From Minisyncoccota bacterium (GTDB lineage: Bacteria; Patescibacteriota; Minisyncoccia; Phycocordibacterales; UBA2100): 64,000 nt of DNA. A model generated the notes under the pieces. That model did no database searches, was not told where the DNA came from, and saw only the letters and a program-made list of their open reading frames with translations. Within the stretch, counting starts at the first letter, position 1; each line of letters opens with the position of its first letter. The stretch covers positions 398,665 to 462,664 of the forward strand of contig OZ253947.1 of the NCBI GenBank assembly GCA_965267345.1. Reading direction: 5' to 3'. Below, piece by piece: positions 9,864 through 18,767 of the stretch. A program made the position numbers and the translations under genes.

Positions 9864-11018
9864 ATGTTATCGGTACACCACACCGCATGTGGCAGCACTG
9901 GCGAAGTGCTCGATCGTGCCTTGGACGCTATTGAATTTTACGGGTTTACACCACTCGAAACCCTGTTGAAAGAGTATAAGCCGTCGCGCAGCCCAAAACA
10001 GACCGCCTCACCGACACTCGCTCTGTCCGCTGAGCGCAAACTTGCCTCACTCACCAAAAACCTCGTCGCGCACGGCTTTGCAAAAGAGACACTCCCGCGT
10101 TTTGCATACAATATTGATGCAAACAAGCAGTCGGTGACACTCGGCATGCACACCGTCGGCAGCGACGACCCCATTGCCGAGGGCATGCTTCTTGCCACAC
10201 TGGCAACAACGCTCCGCGAAAACGGTATCAACGATTTCACCGTACACCTCAACAGCGTCGGTGATAAAGAATCAGCGGCGCGCTTTGTGCGCGATCTTAC
10301 TGCTTTCCTGCGCACGAAACTCAACGACATGCCAAGCTACGCACGCGACGATATGTCCGGCGGCAACCCCGTCCGTGCATTTCTGCGCCTTGCCGAGAAA
10401 CAGCACGAACTTATTGCTGACGCACCAAGTGCGATGGAGTACCTCAATGACGAAAGTCGCGTGCACTTACGCCATGTGCTCGAATATCTGGAAAACATGA
10501 ACGTGCCGTATGAGCTCAACAGCACTGTGGTCGGCAGCCCTGAATGCTGGCGCCATACCATTTTTGATGTACGCATCCCGACTGAAGAAGGTGACGTGAC
10601 CGTCGCGCACGGTGGCCGTCATAACGCACTCGCACAAAAAGCGTACCGTCTTGAATTGCCGGCCGTCAGCGTCCTTATCGATCACGAAACGCGCGGGCGC
10701 ACGAAACCGAAGCGCCGCAGTCAGCATCAGCCGAAATTCTTCTACGCGCACCTCGGACCACAAGCACGACTGCAGAGCTTTAACGTTTTGGAGAACCTGC
10801 GTACTGCGGGCATTCCCGTCGCACAGATGCTTGCTGCACCAACCATTGGCCTCCAGCTCGAACAGGCGGAACGCTCTGCAGTGCCCTACACGATTATCAT
10901 TGGTCACAAGGAAGCACTCGAGCACTCGGCAATCGTGCGCAATATGCACTCGCGCTCGCAGGTGGTGGTGCCGATTAATCACCTCTCAGGGTACCTTAAG
11001 CGACTCAAAGTGGTGTAG
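9864..11018 (+). CDS. Histidyl-tRNA synthetase-like class II aaRS (divergent)
   Basis: The ATG at 9864 directly follows the lepB stop. A motif-3-like segment AHGGRHNALAQKAYRLELPAVSVLID and a C-terminal HGPT-type anticodon-binding domain (PYTIIIGHKEALEHSAIVRNM) are present. The N-terminal region is atypical. Confidence 0.5.
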   Translation: MLSVHHTACGSTGEVLDRALDAIEFYGFTPLETLLKEYKPSRSPKQTASPTLALSAERKLASLTKNLVAHGFAKETLPRFAYNIDANKQSVTLGMHTVGSDDPIAEGMLLATLATTLRENGINDFTVHLNSVGDKESAARFVRDLTAFLRTKLNDMPSYARDDMSGGNPVRAFLRLAEKQHELIADAPSAMEYLNDESRVHLRHVLEYLENMNVPYELNSTVVGSPECWRHTIFDVRIPTEEGDVTVAHGGRHNALAQKAYRLELPAVSVLIDHETRGRTKPKRRSQHQPKFFYAHLGPQARLQSFNVLENLRTAGIPVAQMLAAPTIGLQLEQAERSAVPYTIIIGHKEALEHSAIVRNMHSRSQVVVPINHLSGYLKRLKVV

Positions 11019-11112
11019 CCGTTGATTCACTTGCATTATTTTTCTTTTGTGGTCTAATGCTTTTGCATCGTCGCGTGGTGCGACGTGTCACCGAGAGAAC
11101 GGAGGTTATCTC

Positions 11113-11274
11113 ATGCGTTATCCGAATCTGCACTCTCCGCCGGCGACCGCCAGCGGTACTGGGATGAAGAACGCCATGACGATCGTCGGCCCGCTGGGTG
11201 CCGGCTTGACCAGCGGCGACGCCGCGCACATCGGGCTCGACCCGGCCGCCGGCAGCCCGCCGGTCGACTGCTAA
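11113..11274 (+). CDS. GC-rich 53-aa mini-ORF (MRYPNLHSPPATASGTGMKNAMTIVGPLGAGLTSGDAAHIGLDPAAGSPPVDC); may be a small RNA instead
   Basis: GGAGG sits 7 nt upstream of the ATG. A stem-loop plus terminator follows. The region is ~70% GC against a ~58% background. Confidence 0.3.
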   Translation: MRYPNLHSPPATASGTGMKNAMTIVGPLGAGLTSGDAAHIGLDPAAGSPPVDC

Positions 11275-11329
11275 CCTAACCTCGGCGCCACTCACTTGAT
11301 GCTCTGACGAGCGTCCGGTGAGTGGAAGT

Positions 11330-11367
11330 CGCCCCCAACCTTACGAGGTTGGGGGCGCATTTCTTTT
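11330..11367 (+). terminator. Rho-independent terminator after the GC-rich mini-ORF
   Basis: cgcccccaacc ttacga ggttgggggcg followed by catttctttt. Confidence 0.55.
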
Positions 11368-11404
11368 GCACTCTCGTGGCTTCTGTGCTAGAGTTTTCCG
11401 CACT

Positions 11405-11656
11405 ATGGCAGTAAACGTAGAAGTAACCAAAGGAACAAACGAAAACACAAACGCAGTGTTGCGCAAATTCACGCAACGCATGCGCAGTTCGGGTATTGTG
11501 CAGCGTATGCGCAAAATTCGCTATCGCTCACGCAAGCCTTCGAAGCTGGTGCAGCGTCAGAGCGCACTGCGCAAACTTGACCGTCGCGAAGACATTGAGC
11601 GACAGGTAAAAGAAGGGAAGCTTGCCGCAAACCCGCGTGACCGACGCCGCCGCTAG
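11405..11656 (+). CDS. rpsU: 30S ribosomal protein S21
   Basis: MAVNVEVTKGTNENTNAVLRKFTQRMRSSGIVQRMRKIRYRSRKPSK..., the basic S21 signature. Confidence 0.85.
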   Translation: MAVNVEVTKGTNENTNAVLRKFTQRMRSSGIVQRMRKIRYRSRKPSKLVQRQSALRKLDRREDIERQVKEGKLAANPRDRRRR

Positions 11657-11658
11657 GC

Positions 11659-12048
11659 ATGGACACCCATTTTGATATTACGCAAACGACACGTGACGCT
11701 CTACCGCGCGTGTCGTTTTCTCATATCAAAGACGCAATCCTCGGATCGCGCTATGAGCTCTCACTTGTACTCATCGGCGACACACTTGCGCGACGCCTCA
11801 ATCGTGAACACAAAGGCAAAGATACGCCGACCAACATTCTCTCATTCCCTCTTTCGCCCACTGAAGGTGAGATCTTCATTAACCTCCGCCGTGCTGAGCG
11901 CGACGCAAAGCATTTCGGCCACACACCGACCCAACACATCGCCTTTCTCTTTATTCACGGCTGCCTGCATCTCAAAGGACGCGAACATGGCGCTGCGATG
12001 GAGCGTAAAGAAGAGGCACTTTTTCAAAAACTCGTACTACAGCAGTAA
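11659..12048 (+). CDS. ybeY: rRNA maturation endoribonuclease YbeY
   Basis: H-x3-H-x5-H zinc motif FIHGCLHLKGREH. The start lies 2 nt after the rpsU stop. Confidence 0.85.
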   Translation: MDTHFDITQTTRDALPRVSFSHIKDAILGSRYELSLVLIGDTLARRLNREHKGKDTPTNILSFPLSPTEGEIFINLRRAERDAKHFGHTPTQHIAFLFIHGCLHLKGREHGAAMERKEEALFQKLVLQQ

Positions 12049-12082
12049 CGTTGTCCGCACATAGCTCATTGAAACGGCGCCG

Positions 12083-13261
12083 TTGCAGGGCTACAATGGC
12101 GTTATGCGCAAAGATGTCGTAGTGGGTATTGATGTGGGCACCTACCACGTAAAAGTGGTGATCGCTGAAGTACCCAAAAACGGCAATCCCCCACACATTA
12201 TCGGCACCGGCTCAGCCGTATCACACGGCGTGCGCCACGGCTACATTGTCGCCCAGAAAGATGTGATCGAGAGTATCGGCAAAGCTGTCGCCCAGGCCGA
12301 GGAACAAGCAGGCGTTAAAGTTGAACGCGCGTACCTCTCTATTGGCGGTGTTGGTTTGGAAGACATTCACTCGCGCGGCGAAGCGATCGTTGCGCAGGCA
12401 AATTCAGAAGTGAGCGATATTGATACCGATAACGCCCTTGCCGACGCCGAATCAAAAATCGAGGGCAACCTTACGAATCGCAAAATCATTCACGCGATTC
12501 CCGTGAGCTACCAACTCGACGGCCAAGCCATCATCGGACGCCCTGTTGGCATGCGCGGCTCAAAAATTGAAGTCGACGCGCTTTTCATCACCATTATCGA
12601 ACAGCACCTCAACGACCTCGTTGCCGCAATTGAAGAAGTAGGTATCGAAGCAATCGACATCATGGCAGCACCTGTGGCCGCCAGTTTAGTGACGCTCACG
12701 AAGCAGCAAAAGATGGTGGGGTGTGTGCTCGCCAACATCGGCGCTGAGACGATCTCCGTTATTGTCTTTGAAGAGAACACGCCAATCTCACTCAAGGTCT
12801 TCCCGATCGGCTCAACTGATATCACGAACGACATTGCACTTGAATTACGCATTCCGCTTACGGAAGCCGAGCAGGTCAAGCGGGGTGTCGTCACCGGCTC
12901 GTCAGTACCTCAGCGTCGCGTCGACGACATTATGGCAAGCAAACTCAAAGAGATGTTTGCCTTCGTGCAGAATCACCTGAAGAACATCGAGCGCGCCGGT
13001 TTGCTGCCGGCCGGCATTATTCTCACCGGTGGCGGCAGTGGCATCGGCATTCTCGAAGACCATGCCCGCGGTGCACTTAAGCTCCCCGCCGAGATTGCCG
13101 GGTTGCACTTAGGGCAGCAGCGTCTCAAAGACGCCACGTGGGCTGTTGCGTACGGTCTGTGCATTTGGGGCGCATCGACGGAAACCGACACTATCGGTAT
13201 CGAGAGTGCGCGCGCGGCGGGAGCTCGTGTTCTTTCATGGTTTAAGCAGTTTTTGCCGTAA
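12083..13261 (+). CDS. ftsA: Cell division protein FtsA
   Basis: Actin-like ATPase fold (VVGIDVGTYHVKVVIAE...ILTGGGSGIGILEDHA). Sits upstream of ftsZ. Confidence 0.88.
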   Translation: MQGYNGVMRKDVVVGIDVGTYHVKVVIAEVPKNGNPPHIIGTGSAVSHGVRHGYIVAQKDVIESIGKAVAQAEEQAGVKVERAYLSIGGVGLEDIHSRGEAIVAQANSEVSDIDTDNALADAESKIEGNLTNRKIIHAIPVSYQLDGQAIIGRPVGMRGSKIEVDALFITIIEQHLNDLVAAIEEVGIEAIDIMAAPVAASLVTLTKQQKMVGCVLANIGAETISVIVFEENTPISLKVFPIGSTDITNDIALELRIPLTEAEQVKRGVVTGSSVPQRRVDDIMASKLKEMFAFVQNHLKNIERAGLLPAGIILTGGGSGIGILEDHARGALKLPAEIAGLHLGQQRLKDATWAVAYGLCIWGASTETDTIGIESARAAGARVLSWFKQFLP

Positions 13262-13388
13262 CTTCACTTTGGCAGGCGTGCCTGCTATGATACGGACATT
13301 AGTGCGTGACCGAGCGGGTCTGCGGGTGTCAATCGACACGCGCTGCGACCGCCTATTGTCAGAAAAACAGTAACAAGAAAAACACATC

Positions 13389-14657
13389 ATGAAGCAAGTA
13401 AAACCGGAAGTTGAAGCATTTGCCCGCATTCGCGTTGTCGGTGTCGGTGGCTCAGGAAAGAATGCCATAAATCACATGATCGACTCGAAAGTGCAGGGTG
13501 TCGACTTCATTGCCATCAACACCGATGCGCAGGATTTGCACTACTCGAAAGCGAAAAAGAAAATTCACATTGGTAAAAACCTGACACGCGGTCTTGGCAC
13601 CGGTATGAATCCTGAACTGGGCCGTCGTGCTGCTGAGGAGACAAAAGAAGAAATCCACGAGGCTCTGAAAGGCTCGGATATGGTCTTTGTGACGGGCGGC
13701 ATGGGTGGTGGCACCGGTACGGGTGCAGCGCCCGTGGTTGCGCAGATTGCCCGTGAATCGGGTGCACTGACGATTGGTATCGTCACCAAACCATTTTCAT
13801 TCGAAGGACAGCAGCGTGCGCGCCTCGCCGCTGACGGTATTGCGAACCTCCAGTCACAGGTAGACGCACTCATTATGATCCCGAACGACCGCCTGCTCAC
13901 GACGGTCGACAAAAACACCGGCATCAAAAATGCGTTTGCGATGTGTGACGACATTTTGAAGCAAGCCGTTGAAGGTATTTCTGACCTCATCACCACTCCG
14001 GGTATCATTAACGTCGACTTTGCCGACATCCGTGCTGTTATGGAATCTGCCGGCTCAGCACTCATGGGTATCGGCACCGCCGCCGGTGAGAGTCGCGCAA
14101 CGAAAGCCGCACAGGCTGCCATCCAGTCGCCACTGCTTGACGTTGCTATCGACGGCGCAACGGGCGTACTGTTTGCCATTGCCGGCGGTGATGACCTCTC
14201 GATGCTTGAAGTACAAGAAGCAGCAACAACCATCACCAACTCAGTTGACCCGGATGCACGCATTATCTTTGGCGCTATCAGCGACAATTCACTCAAGAAG
14301 GGCGAGATCAAGATTACCGTTATCGCGACGGGCTTCCCTGAGGACAACAAGCCGCAGATGACTACTGAAGAGCCGCGTCGTTCGCTCTTCGGTGGCCGCA
14401 CTGAGGAACCGGAACCGACACCGGTTGATGACACACCACCCGCAGTCGAAAAGACTACAGAAGCTGAGGACGAGCCCGTCATTCCAAAGATGCGTCGTCC
14501 TGAGCCAAAGACGCCGACATCACCGGCACCGCGCAAGAGCACGGCACAGCCAAAGAAAGCTGCTGAAACAAAGACGCAGGACGAACCCGATGACGACGAT
14601 GACGATAACGACTGGGGTGCGATTCCGTCGTTCCTGCGTCGCTCAAAGCTCAAATAG
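13389..14657 (+). CDS. ftsZ: Cell division GTPase FtsZ
   Basis: [14 protein letters not shown] and the tubulin signature [16 protein letters not shown]. The C-terminal acidic tail is conserved. Confidence 0.95.
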   Translation: MKQVKPEVEAFARIRVVGVGGSGKNAINHMIDSKVQGVDFIAINTDAQDLHYSKAKKKIHIGKNLTRGLGTGMNPELGRRAAEETKEEIHEALKGSDMVFVTGGMGGGTGTGAAPVVAQIARESGALTIGIVTKPFSFEGQQRARLAADGIANLQSQVDALIMIPNDRLLTTVDKNTGIKNAFAMCDDILKQAVEGISDLITTPGIINVDFADIRAVMESAGSALMGIGTAAGESRATKAAQAAIQSPLLDVAIDGATGVLFAIAGGDDLSMLEVQEAATTITNSVDPDARIIFGAISDNSLKKGEIKITVIATGFPEDNKPQMTTEEPRRSLFGGRTEEPEPTPVDDTPPAVEKTTEAEDEPVIPKMRRPEPKTPTSPAPRKSTAQPKKAAETKTQDEPDDDDDDNDWGAIPSFLRRSKLK

Positions 14658-14696
14658 TGCGGTTGGTAGTTTATAGTTGGTAGTTTATAGTTACAG

Positions 14697-14725
14697 GAGT
14701 GCTTCGGCACTCCTTTCTCATTTTC
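14697..14725 (+). terminator. Terminator after ftsZ
   Basis: ggagtgc ttcg gcactcc followed by tttctcatttt. Confidence 0.55.
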
Positions 14726-14750
14726 CTATCACTACTAACCACCAAAACCT

Positions 14751-15668
14751 ATGTACGACATGATTATCATTGGCGCCGGACCGGCAGGAACCACGGCAGC
14801 CGTATACGCGGCGCGCAAGCGCCTCAAGACCGTGCTCATCACACAAGAATGGGGCGGGCAGAGTAATGTCTCAGCTGATATCCAAAACTGGATTGGCACG
14901 CCGCATATTTCAGGCGACGAGCTTGCACAAAGCTTTGAGGCGCACGTAAAGGAGTACGCAGACGACGTCGTTGACATTGTCTCCCCTGCTCGTGCCACAG
15001 GCGTGGCGCGCAGTGACAGCGGCTTTATCGTCACCACCGACAAGGGCGAAACCTACGAAGCACTGACCATCTTTCTTGCCGTCGGCTCGCAGCGACGACG
15101 CCTTCCGGCGAAGGGTGCCGACGAATTCGAGCACAAAGGACTGACCTACTGCGCGACGTGTGACGGTCCCCTCTTTAGTGGTCGCGACGTTGCCGTCATC
15201 GGCGGCGGCAACGCCGGTTTTGAAACCGCAGCACAACTGCTCGAGTACGCGAAAAGTGTGACGTTACTTGAGTACAATGAAGACTTCGTTGCCGATGAAG
15301 TGACCGTCGAGAAGCTACAAAAGAATGACAACTTCACCGGCATCACAAACGCCGAAACAACTGAAATCCTTGGTGAGCAGTTTGTCACCGGTCTCACCTA
15401 TAAAGACCGTGTGTCGGGTGAGGAGCATACGCTCGACGTCGGCGGTGTCTTCGTTGAAATTGGCATGATTCCAAATACCGACATCGTTGCCGATCTAGTT
15501 GAGCTCAATGAGCGCAAGCACATCAAAGTTGACCCGTACACGCAACAAACAACAACAGAGGGTATCTGGGCTGCCGGCGACTGCACTGATGTGCTCTACC
15601 ACCAAAACAACATCGCTGCCGGTGACGCAGTCAAAGCACTCGAAAACATGTACGGCTATCTGCGCTAA
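14751..15668 (+). CDS. trxB: Thioredoxin-disulfide reductase
   Basis: IIIGAGPAGTTAAVYAAR (FAD binding), redox-active CATCDG, and VIGGGNAGFETAAQL (NADPH binding). Confidence 0.9.
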   Translation: MYDMIIIGAGPAGTTAAVYAARKRLKTVLITQEWGGQSNVSADIQNWIGTPHISGDELAQSFEAHVKEYADDVVDIVSPARATGVARSDSGFIVTTDKGETYEALTIFLAVGSQRRRLPAKGADEFEHKGLTYCATCDGPLFSGRDVAVIGGGNAGFETAAQLLEYAKSVTLLEYNEDFVADEVTVEKLQKNDNFTGITNAETTEILGEQFVTGLTYKDRVSGEEHTLDVGGVFVEIGMIPNTDIVADLVELNERKHIKVDPYTQQTTTEGIWAAGDCTDVLYHQNNIAAGDAVKALENMYGYLR

Positions 15669-15686
15669 AGCTACCTACCCCATACG

Positions 15687-15720
15687 AAAAAACCCGCGCG
15701 GCGAACGTGCGGGTTTTTTG
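15687..15720. terminator. Bidirectional terminator between convergent trxB and the 15743..16582 gene
   Basis: aaaaaa cccgcgcg gcgaa cgtgcggg tttttt. Confidence 0.6.
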
Positions 15721-15742
15721 TTTTCGTAAATGAAGTGTCACC

Positions 15743-16582
15743 CTATGCACTGTAACGCATGCGTGTGTAGAGCATCCATGCTCCGACTACCGATGCGAGA
15801 AGTGTTGCAATCAGGACACTAACGTAGGCAGCGTCATTGGTGCCGGTGTAGGGCACTTGTGAGAGCGATACCGTGTTGTAGGTCGCCTGTGGGCCGTACC
15901 CGTACCCCGTGTTCATATATGGTGACGTGTAGTTGTACGGTGCGTAGGTGTGCATGTAGCTGGTCGGTACCACATCAGCGCTACATGTGCGTATCGTACC
16001 ATTACCCCACTCTGCAGTCATGGTGTATGTCTCAGGAACGGTACTCGCAGGGACAATGCGCGATCCCTCACGGCTCACTGTGCCAATGCCGTGGTCAATC
16101 CAGACACGGTCAGCGTTGAGCGCCTTCCATGAGAGTACTGCGGTACCACCCTGCGTGACGTAGTCAGGGCTCACTGAGAGTGAACACTGCTCATCGTAGG
16201 TGTGATTGGTGTTGTACAACCACGGCTGGGTGAGGTGTGGGTACGATGACACGGGATGTGCCACTGCAGTACAGGTGGTGCTGCCGGCGTCGCCGACTGC
16301 AGTAAGGGTGTACACCGTAAGCTGATTTGGGTACACCACAGTTGAGTCCGCGTCGCCAACAATACCGAGCGTGGTAATATGCACGCTTCGCGCATTCGTT
16401 GCCTTCCATGAAAGCGTCGTCCCGCCGTTGTTGTCAGGCTGGATGATCGTATTAAAGACACACGTTGGCGCCGGTGCTGCCTCTGATGCCGTTGGCATTG
16501 CGGTGACACCGAATGCAACAAACAATACCGCAACGACAACGCCGCGCGTGAGATGAGTAAAGCGATTCATAGTGTTGTTCAT
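15743..16582 (-). CDS. Secreted/surface protein with two tandem Ig-like beta-sandwich repeats and a C-terminal TM anchor
   Basis: N-terminal signal peptide. Two internally repeated ~85-aa modules (GGTTLSWKATNARSV... and GGTAVLSWKALNADRV...). C-terminal hydrophobic helix plus a basic tail (VLIATLLASVVGAWMLYTRMRYSA). Confidence 0.5.
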   Translation of the reverse strand: MNNTMNRFTHLTRGVVVAVLFVAFGVTAMPTASEAAPAPTCVFNTIIQPDNNGGTTLSWKATNARSVHITTLGIVGDADSTVVYPNQLTVYTLTAVGDAGSTTCTAVAHPVSSYPHLTQPWLYNTNHTYDEQCSLSVSPDYVTQGGTAVLSWKALNADRVWIDHGIGTVSREGSRIVPASTVPETYTMTAEWGNGTIRTCSADVVPTSYMHTYAPYNYTSPYMNTGYGYGPQATYNTVSLSQVPYTGTNDAAYVSVLIATLLASVVGAWMLYTRMRYSA

Positions 16583-16728
16583 ATTAATAACAAAGGCTCT
16601 TCGTCATAAAAGAGCCATATTCCTACACACTGAATGTGTACTACTCCTAAGAGCAGTGCACAACAGATTTTGTGATTATAATACACTATGAAGCAGTATG
16701 TCAATGGTTAGACCGGACACCTCATGCT

Positions 16729-16803
16729 CTGGTGCGCGATGCAAGAATTGAACTTGCGACCTCTTCGATGTCAACGAAGCGCTCTACCACTGAGCTAATC
16801 GCG
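16729..16803 (-). tRNA. tRNA-Val (anticodon GAC), CCA encoded
   Basis: Cloverleaf GCGCGAT.TA.GCTCAGTGGTAGAGC..CTTCG TTGACAT CGAAG..GGTCGCAAGTTCAATTCTTGC ATCGCGC A CCA. Confidence 0.88.
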
Positions 16804-16841
16804 CATGCGAGGGCGTATAGTAGCGTGACCCTTCCCCTACT

Positions 16842-17342
16842 TCAAGTGTGTTTTGGAGCAAAGTGTCGTCGGATGAGGTGTTGGATCCCGGCAATGACAA
16901 AGATCGCAACGATGTAGGCAATGAGGAGTGTGAGAAATGAGTACGGCGGTCGGTGCATCACACCAAGAATGGTCGCACCCCACCATGACGTAAATGACAC
17001 TGCGGCACCGAGCCACAGTGGCACCCAGCGTTTAGTAAGCGCAATGGCATTTGCCACAATAGCCACAAACATGATGTCTTTAACCTGAATTTTCGCACTG
17101 GTGATCACCCAGTCATTCCCCTGCGCCAGATGCCACCAGACGAGTGCGAGCCCTGAGAGAATGATGAGCGCCATACCCACGCGAATGGTCGTGTAGTTTG
17201 CGTGCATGAGCGCACGCTCGCTCGAGTCCACCTTGCCGTCGCGCAGTGCCTGAATAATCTGCACTTCGGCAATGGTAGCTCCTCCAACACCGAGAATAGT
17301 GCCGGCAATATGTCCGAATACCAGTAGTGTGTGTAGGTCCAT
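16842..17342 (-). CDS. Hypothetical polytopic membrane protein
   Basis: About four predicted TM helices. I chose the start at MDLHTLLVFGHIAG; the ORF extends to 17453. GC is lower than in core genes. Confidence 0.45.
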   Translation of the reverse strand: MDLHTLLVFGHIAGTILGVGGATIAEVQIIQALRDGKVDSSERALMHANYTTIRVGMALIILSGLALVWWHLAQGNDWVITSAKIQVKDIMFVAIVANAIALTKRWVPLWLGAAVSFTSWWGATILGVMHRPPYSFLTLLIAYIVAIFVIAGIQHLIRRHFAPKHT

Positions 17343-17418
17343 ACGGATATTGTACACGGTTATGACAACACCACGCGTGCCAGTGTGCATTACTGTTTTG
17401 AGTTGATATACTCGCACT

Positions 17419-18270
17419 ATGCGCGAATCATTATCGAAATCGTACGATACCATAGGTGAGAAAATCGATGAGAAACTGGCAACACTGCCTCCTGAAATTG
17501 CGGAACAATGGGAGCAGAAGCATGGCCATCTCCCCGCCCAAGAACAGCTCGACGATTTATCACTTTTTTTGCAACGGCGCCAAAATGCACTACGTCACGA
17601 ACACTCCATCAACCAGAAGCCTGAACGCATCGAAACGCTCCACCTCCAGCCTCTGGCGATCGCACAGGTACTCAAAAATATCGAGCAAGGTGACTACGCA
17701 GAACTCGGTGCTGGGCGTGCTGGGCGTGTTATCGCATCGGTGCGTCAACCTGATGTATGCTATAAAATAATGTTCCCGACGGACAGGACGCCACCGGAGA
17801 CAAACGAAATTGGAAAAGAAACCGATCTACAGGATACAATCAGTGAACTCGGTGAGATGCACGGAACTCGTGTACCGAAAGTCTTCTACTTCATCAAAGA
17901 TGGAGACACGCGCGCAATTGCAATGGAACGACTTGACGCAGTACCGCTTCAGGCAGCCCTTGACGGCACTGAAGCGTTTCCTGAGACGTTCGACCCCGAA
18001 CTATTTCTACAGGCACTCTCGCGCTACATTCGCGCACTGAATGAAAAAGGCTTTTATCATCGAGACCTACATGCAGGGAACATTATGATCGACAATGAAA
18101 CGGGTATGCCACGTGTTATTGATTTCGGCTCTGCCACGTTTACTCAGTTTCCAGACGAAGCGTATAGAAAGCGTGTCGTGAAAGGTGGACAAGAAGTAAA
18201 TATTGTGTTAAAATCCGACGTCAGAAGTCTTGAGCTTTTGCAGAACAAAATCCGTAAACGGTTTGAGTAA
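17419..18270 (+). CDS. Atypical eukaryotic-like protein kinase-fold protein
   Basis: Gly-rich loop ELGAGRAGRVIA, beta3 Lys in VCYKIMF, catalytic loop YHRDLHAGNIMID and a DFG motif (VIDFGSA). ~46% GC. Confidence 0.6.
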   Translation: MRESLSKSYDTIGEKIDEKLATLPPEIAEQWEQKHGHLPAQEQLDDLSLFLQRRQNALRHEHSINQKPERIETLHLQPLAIAQVLKNIEQGDYAELGAGRAGRVIASVRQPDVCYKIMFPTDRTPPETNEIGKETDLQDTISELGEMHGTRVPKVFYFIKDGDTRAIAMERLDAVPLQAALDGTEAFPETFDPELFLQALSRYIRALNEKGFYHRDLHAGNIMIDNETGMPRVIDFGSATFTQFPDEAYRKRVVKGGQEVNIVLKSDVRSLELLQNKIRKRFE

Positions 18271-18289
18271 CTAACAGGAGTGCGTCGTC

Positions 18290-18508
18290 ATGGAAATGAC
18301 CAAAACGTTTCTGAAAAAAGCCAAGAAAGCATGCCGCGAGCTGAGCGAAGATCGGCTCCACGTTCCTCTGGAGGACATGGGCGGCTACTTTGTTGCAAAG
18401 AAAAAGACTTCTCTTCCCGAAGGAGCGAACATCATCGCAGAGGAACATGATAATGGCGAAAGCATTGTTATTTACTACTGCGATGAGTGCCCGAACGGGA
18501 CCGACTAA
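18290..18508 (+). CDS. Small hypothetical protein (72 aa), apparently co-transcribed with the kinase-like gene
   Basis: AGGAG lies 9 nt upstream of the ATG. A strong terminator follows. Confidence 0.45.
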   Translation: MEMTKTFLKKAKKACRELSEDRLHVPLEDMGGYFVAKKKTSLPEGANIIAEEHDNGESIVIYYCDECPNGTD

Positions 18509-18512
18509 TATA

Positions 18513-18547
18513 GCGAGCAGATTCCCCCGACTCTGCTCGCTTTTTTA
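18513..18547 (+). terminator. Rho-independent terminator after the kinase/small-ORF pair
   Basis: gcgagcaga ttcccccgac tctgctcgc followed by ttttttat. Confidence 0.65.
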
Positions 18548-18767
18548 TATCTTTGCAAAACGCGTCACTTCCTCCCCATCTACCATCACCATGCGCGAAA
18601 GCGCACCGGTGCACTTACGCGCGAAGAAGTTTCTGAATGTGATGATCAACGGAAGCGACCTCGAACATCCCACCACGACACATTGATAGCACTTATCGCT
18701 GAGCAGCCCGACCATCAGGACGATGCAGAATCATCCAGTCGACGCAAATGATGATAAAGTCCTCAGC

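Noticed and set aside
11019-11404. SRP RNA, tmRNA or 6S RNA in the GC-rich spacer before rpsU
   Set aside because: I found no domain-IV GGAA/AGCAGC motif, no tRNA-Ala-like acceptor plus T-arm with resume-codon region, and no 6S central bubble. I left it as an unexplained mini-ORF/sRNA candidate.
14662-14689. Possible CRISPR array suggested by short tandem repeats (here and at 55063-55135)
   Set aside because: There are only two copies each of 14-bp units with no spacers of CRISPR size (28-40 bp repeats with 30-40 bp unique spacers are absent). No cas genes are in the window.
13565-14710. 381-aa minus-strand ORF overlapping ftsZ. Similar antisense ORFs occur over tsaD (23419-24384 -), valS (27316-27885 -) and thiI (43573-44091 +).
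   Set aside because: Shadow ORFs opposite well-conserved genes. They have Ser/Arg/Ala-rich low-complexity translations and no start context.
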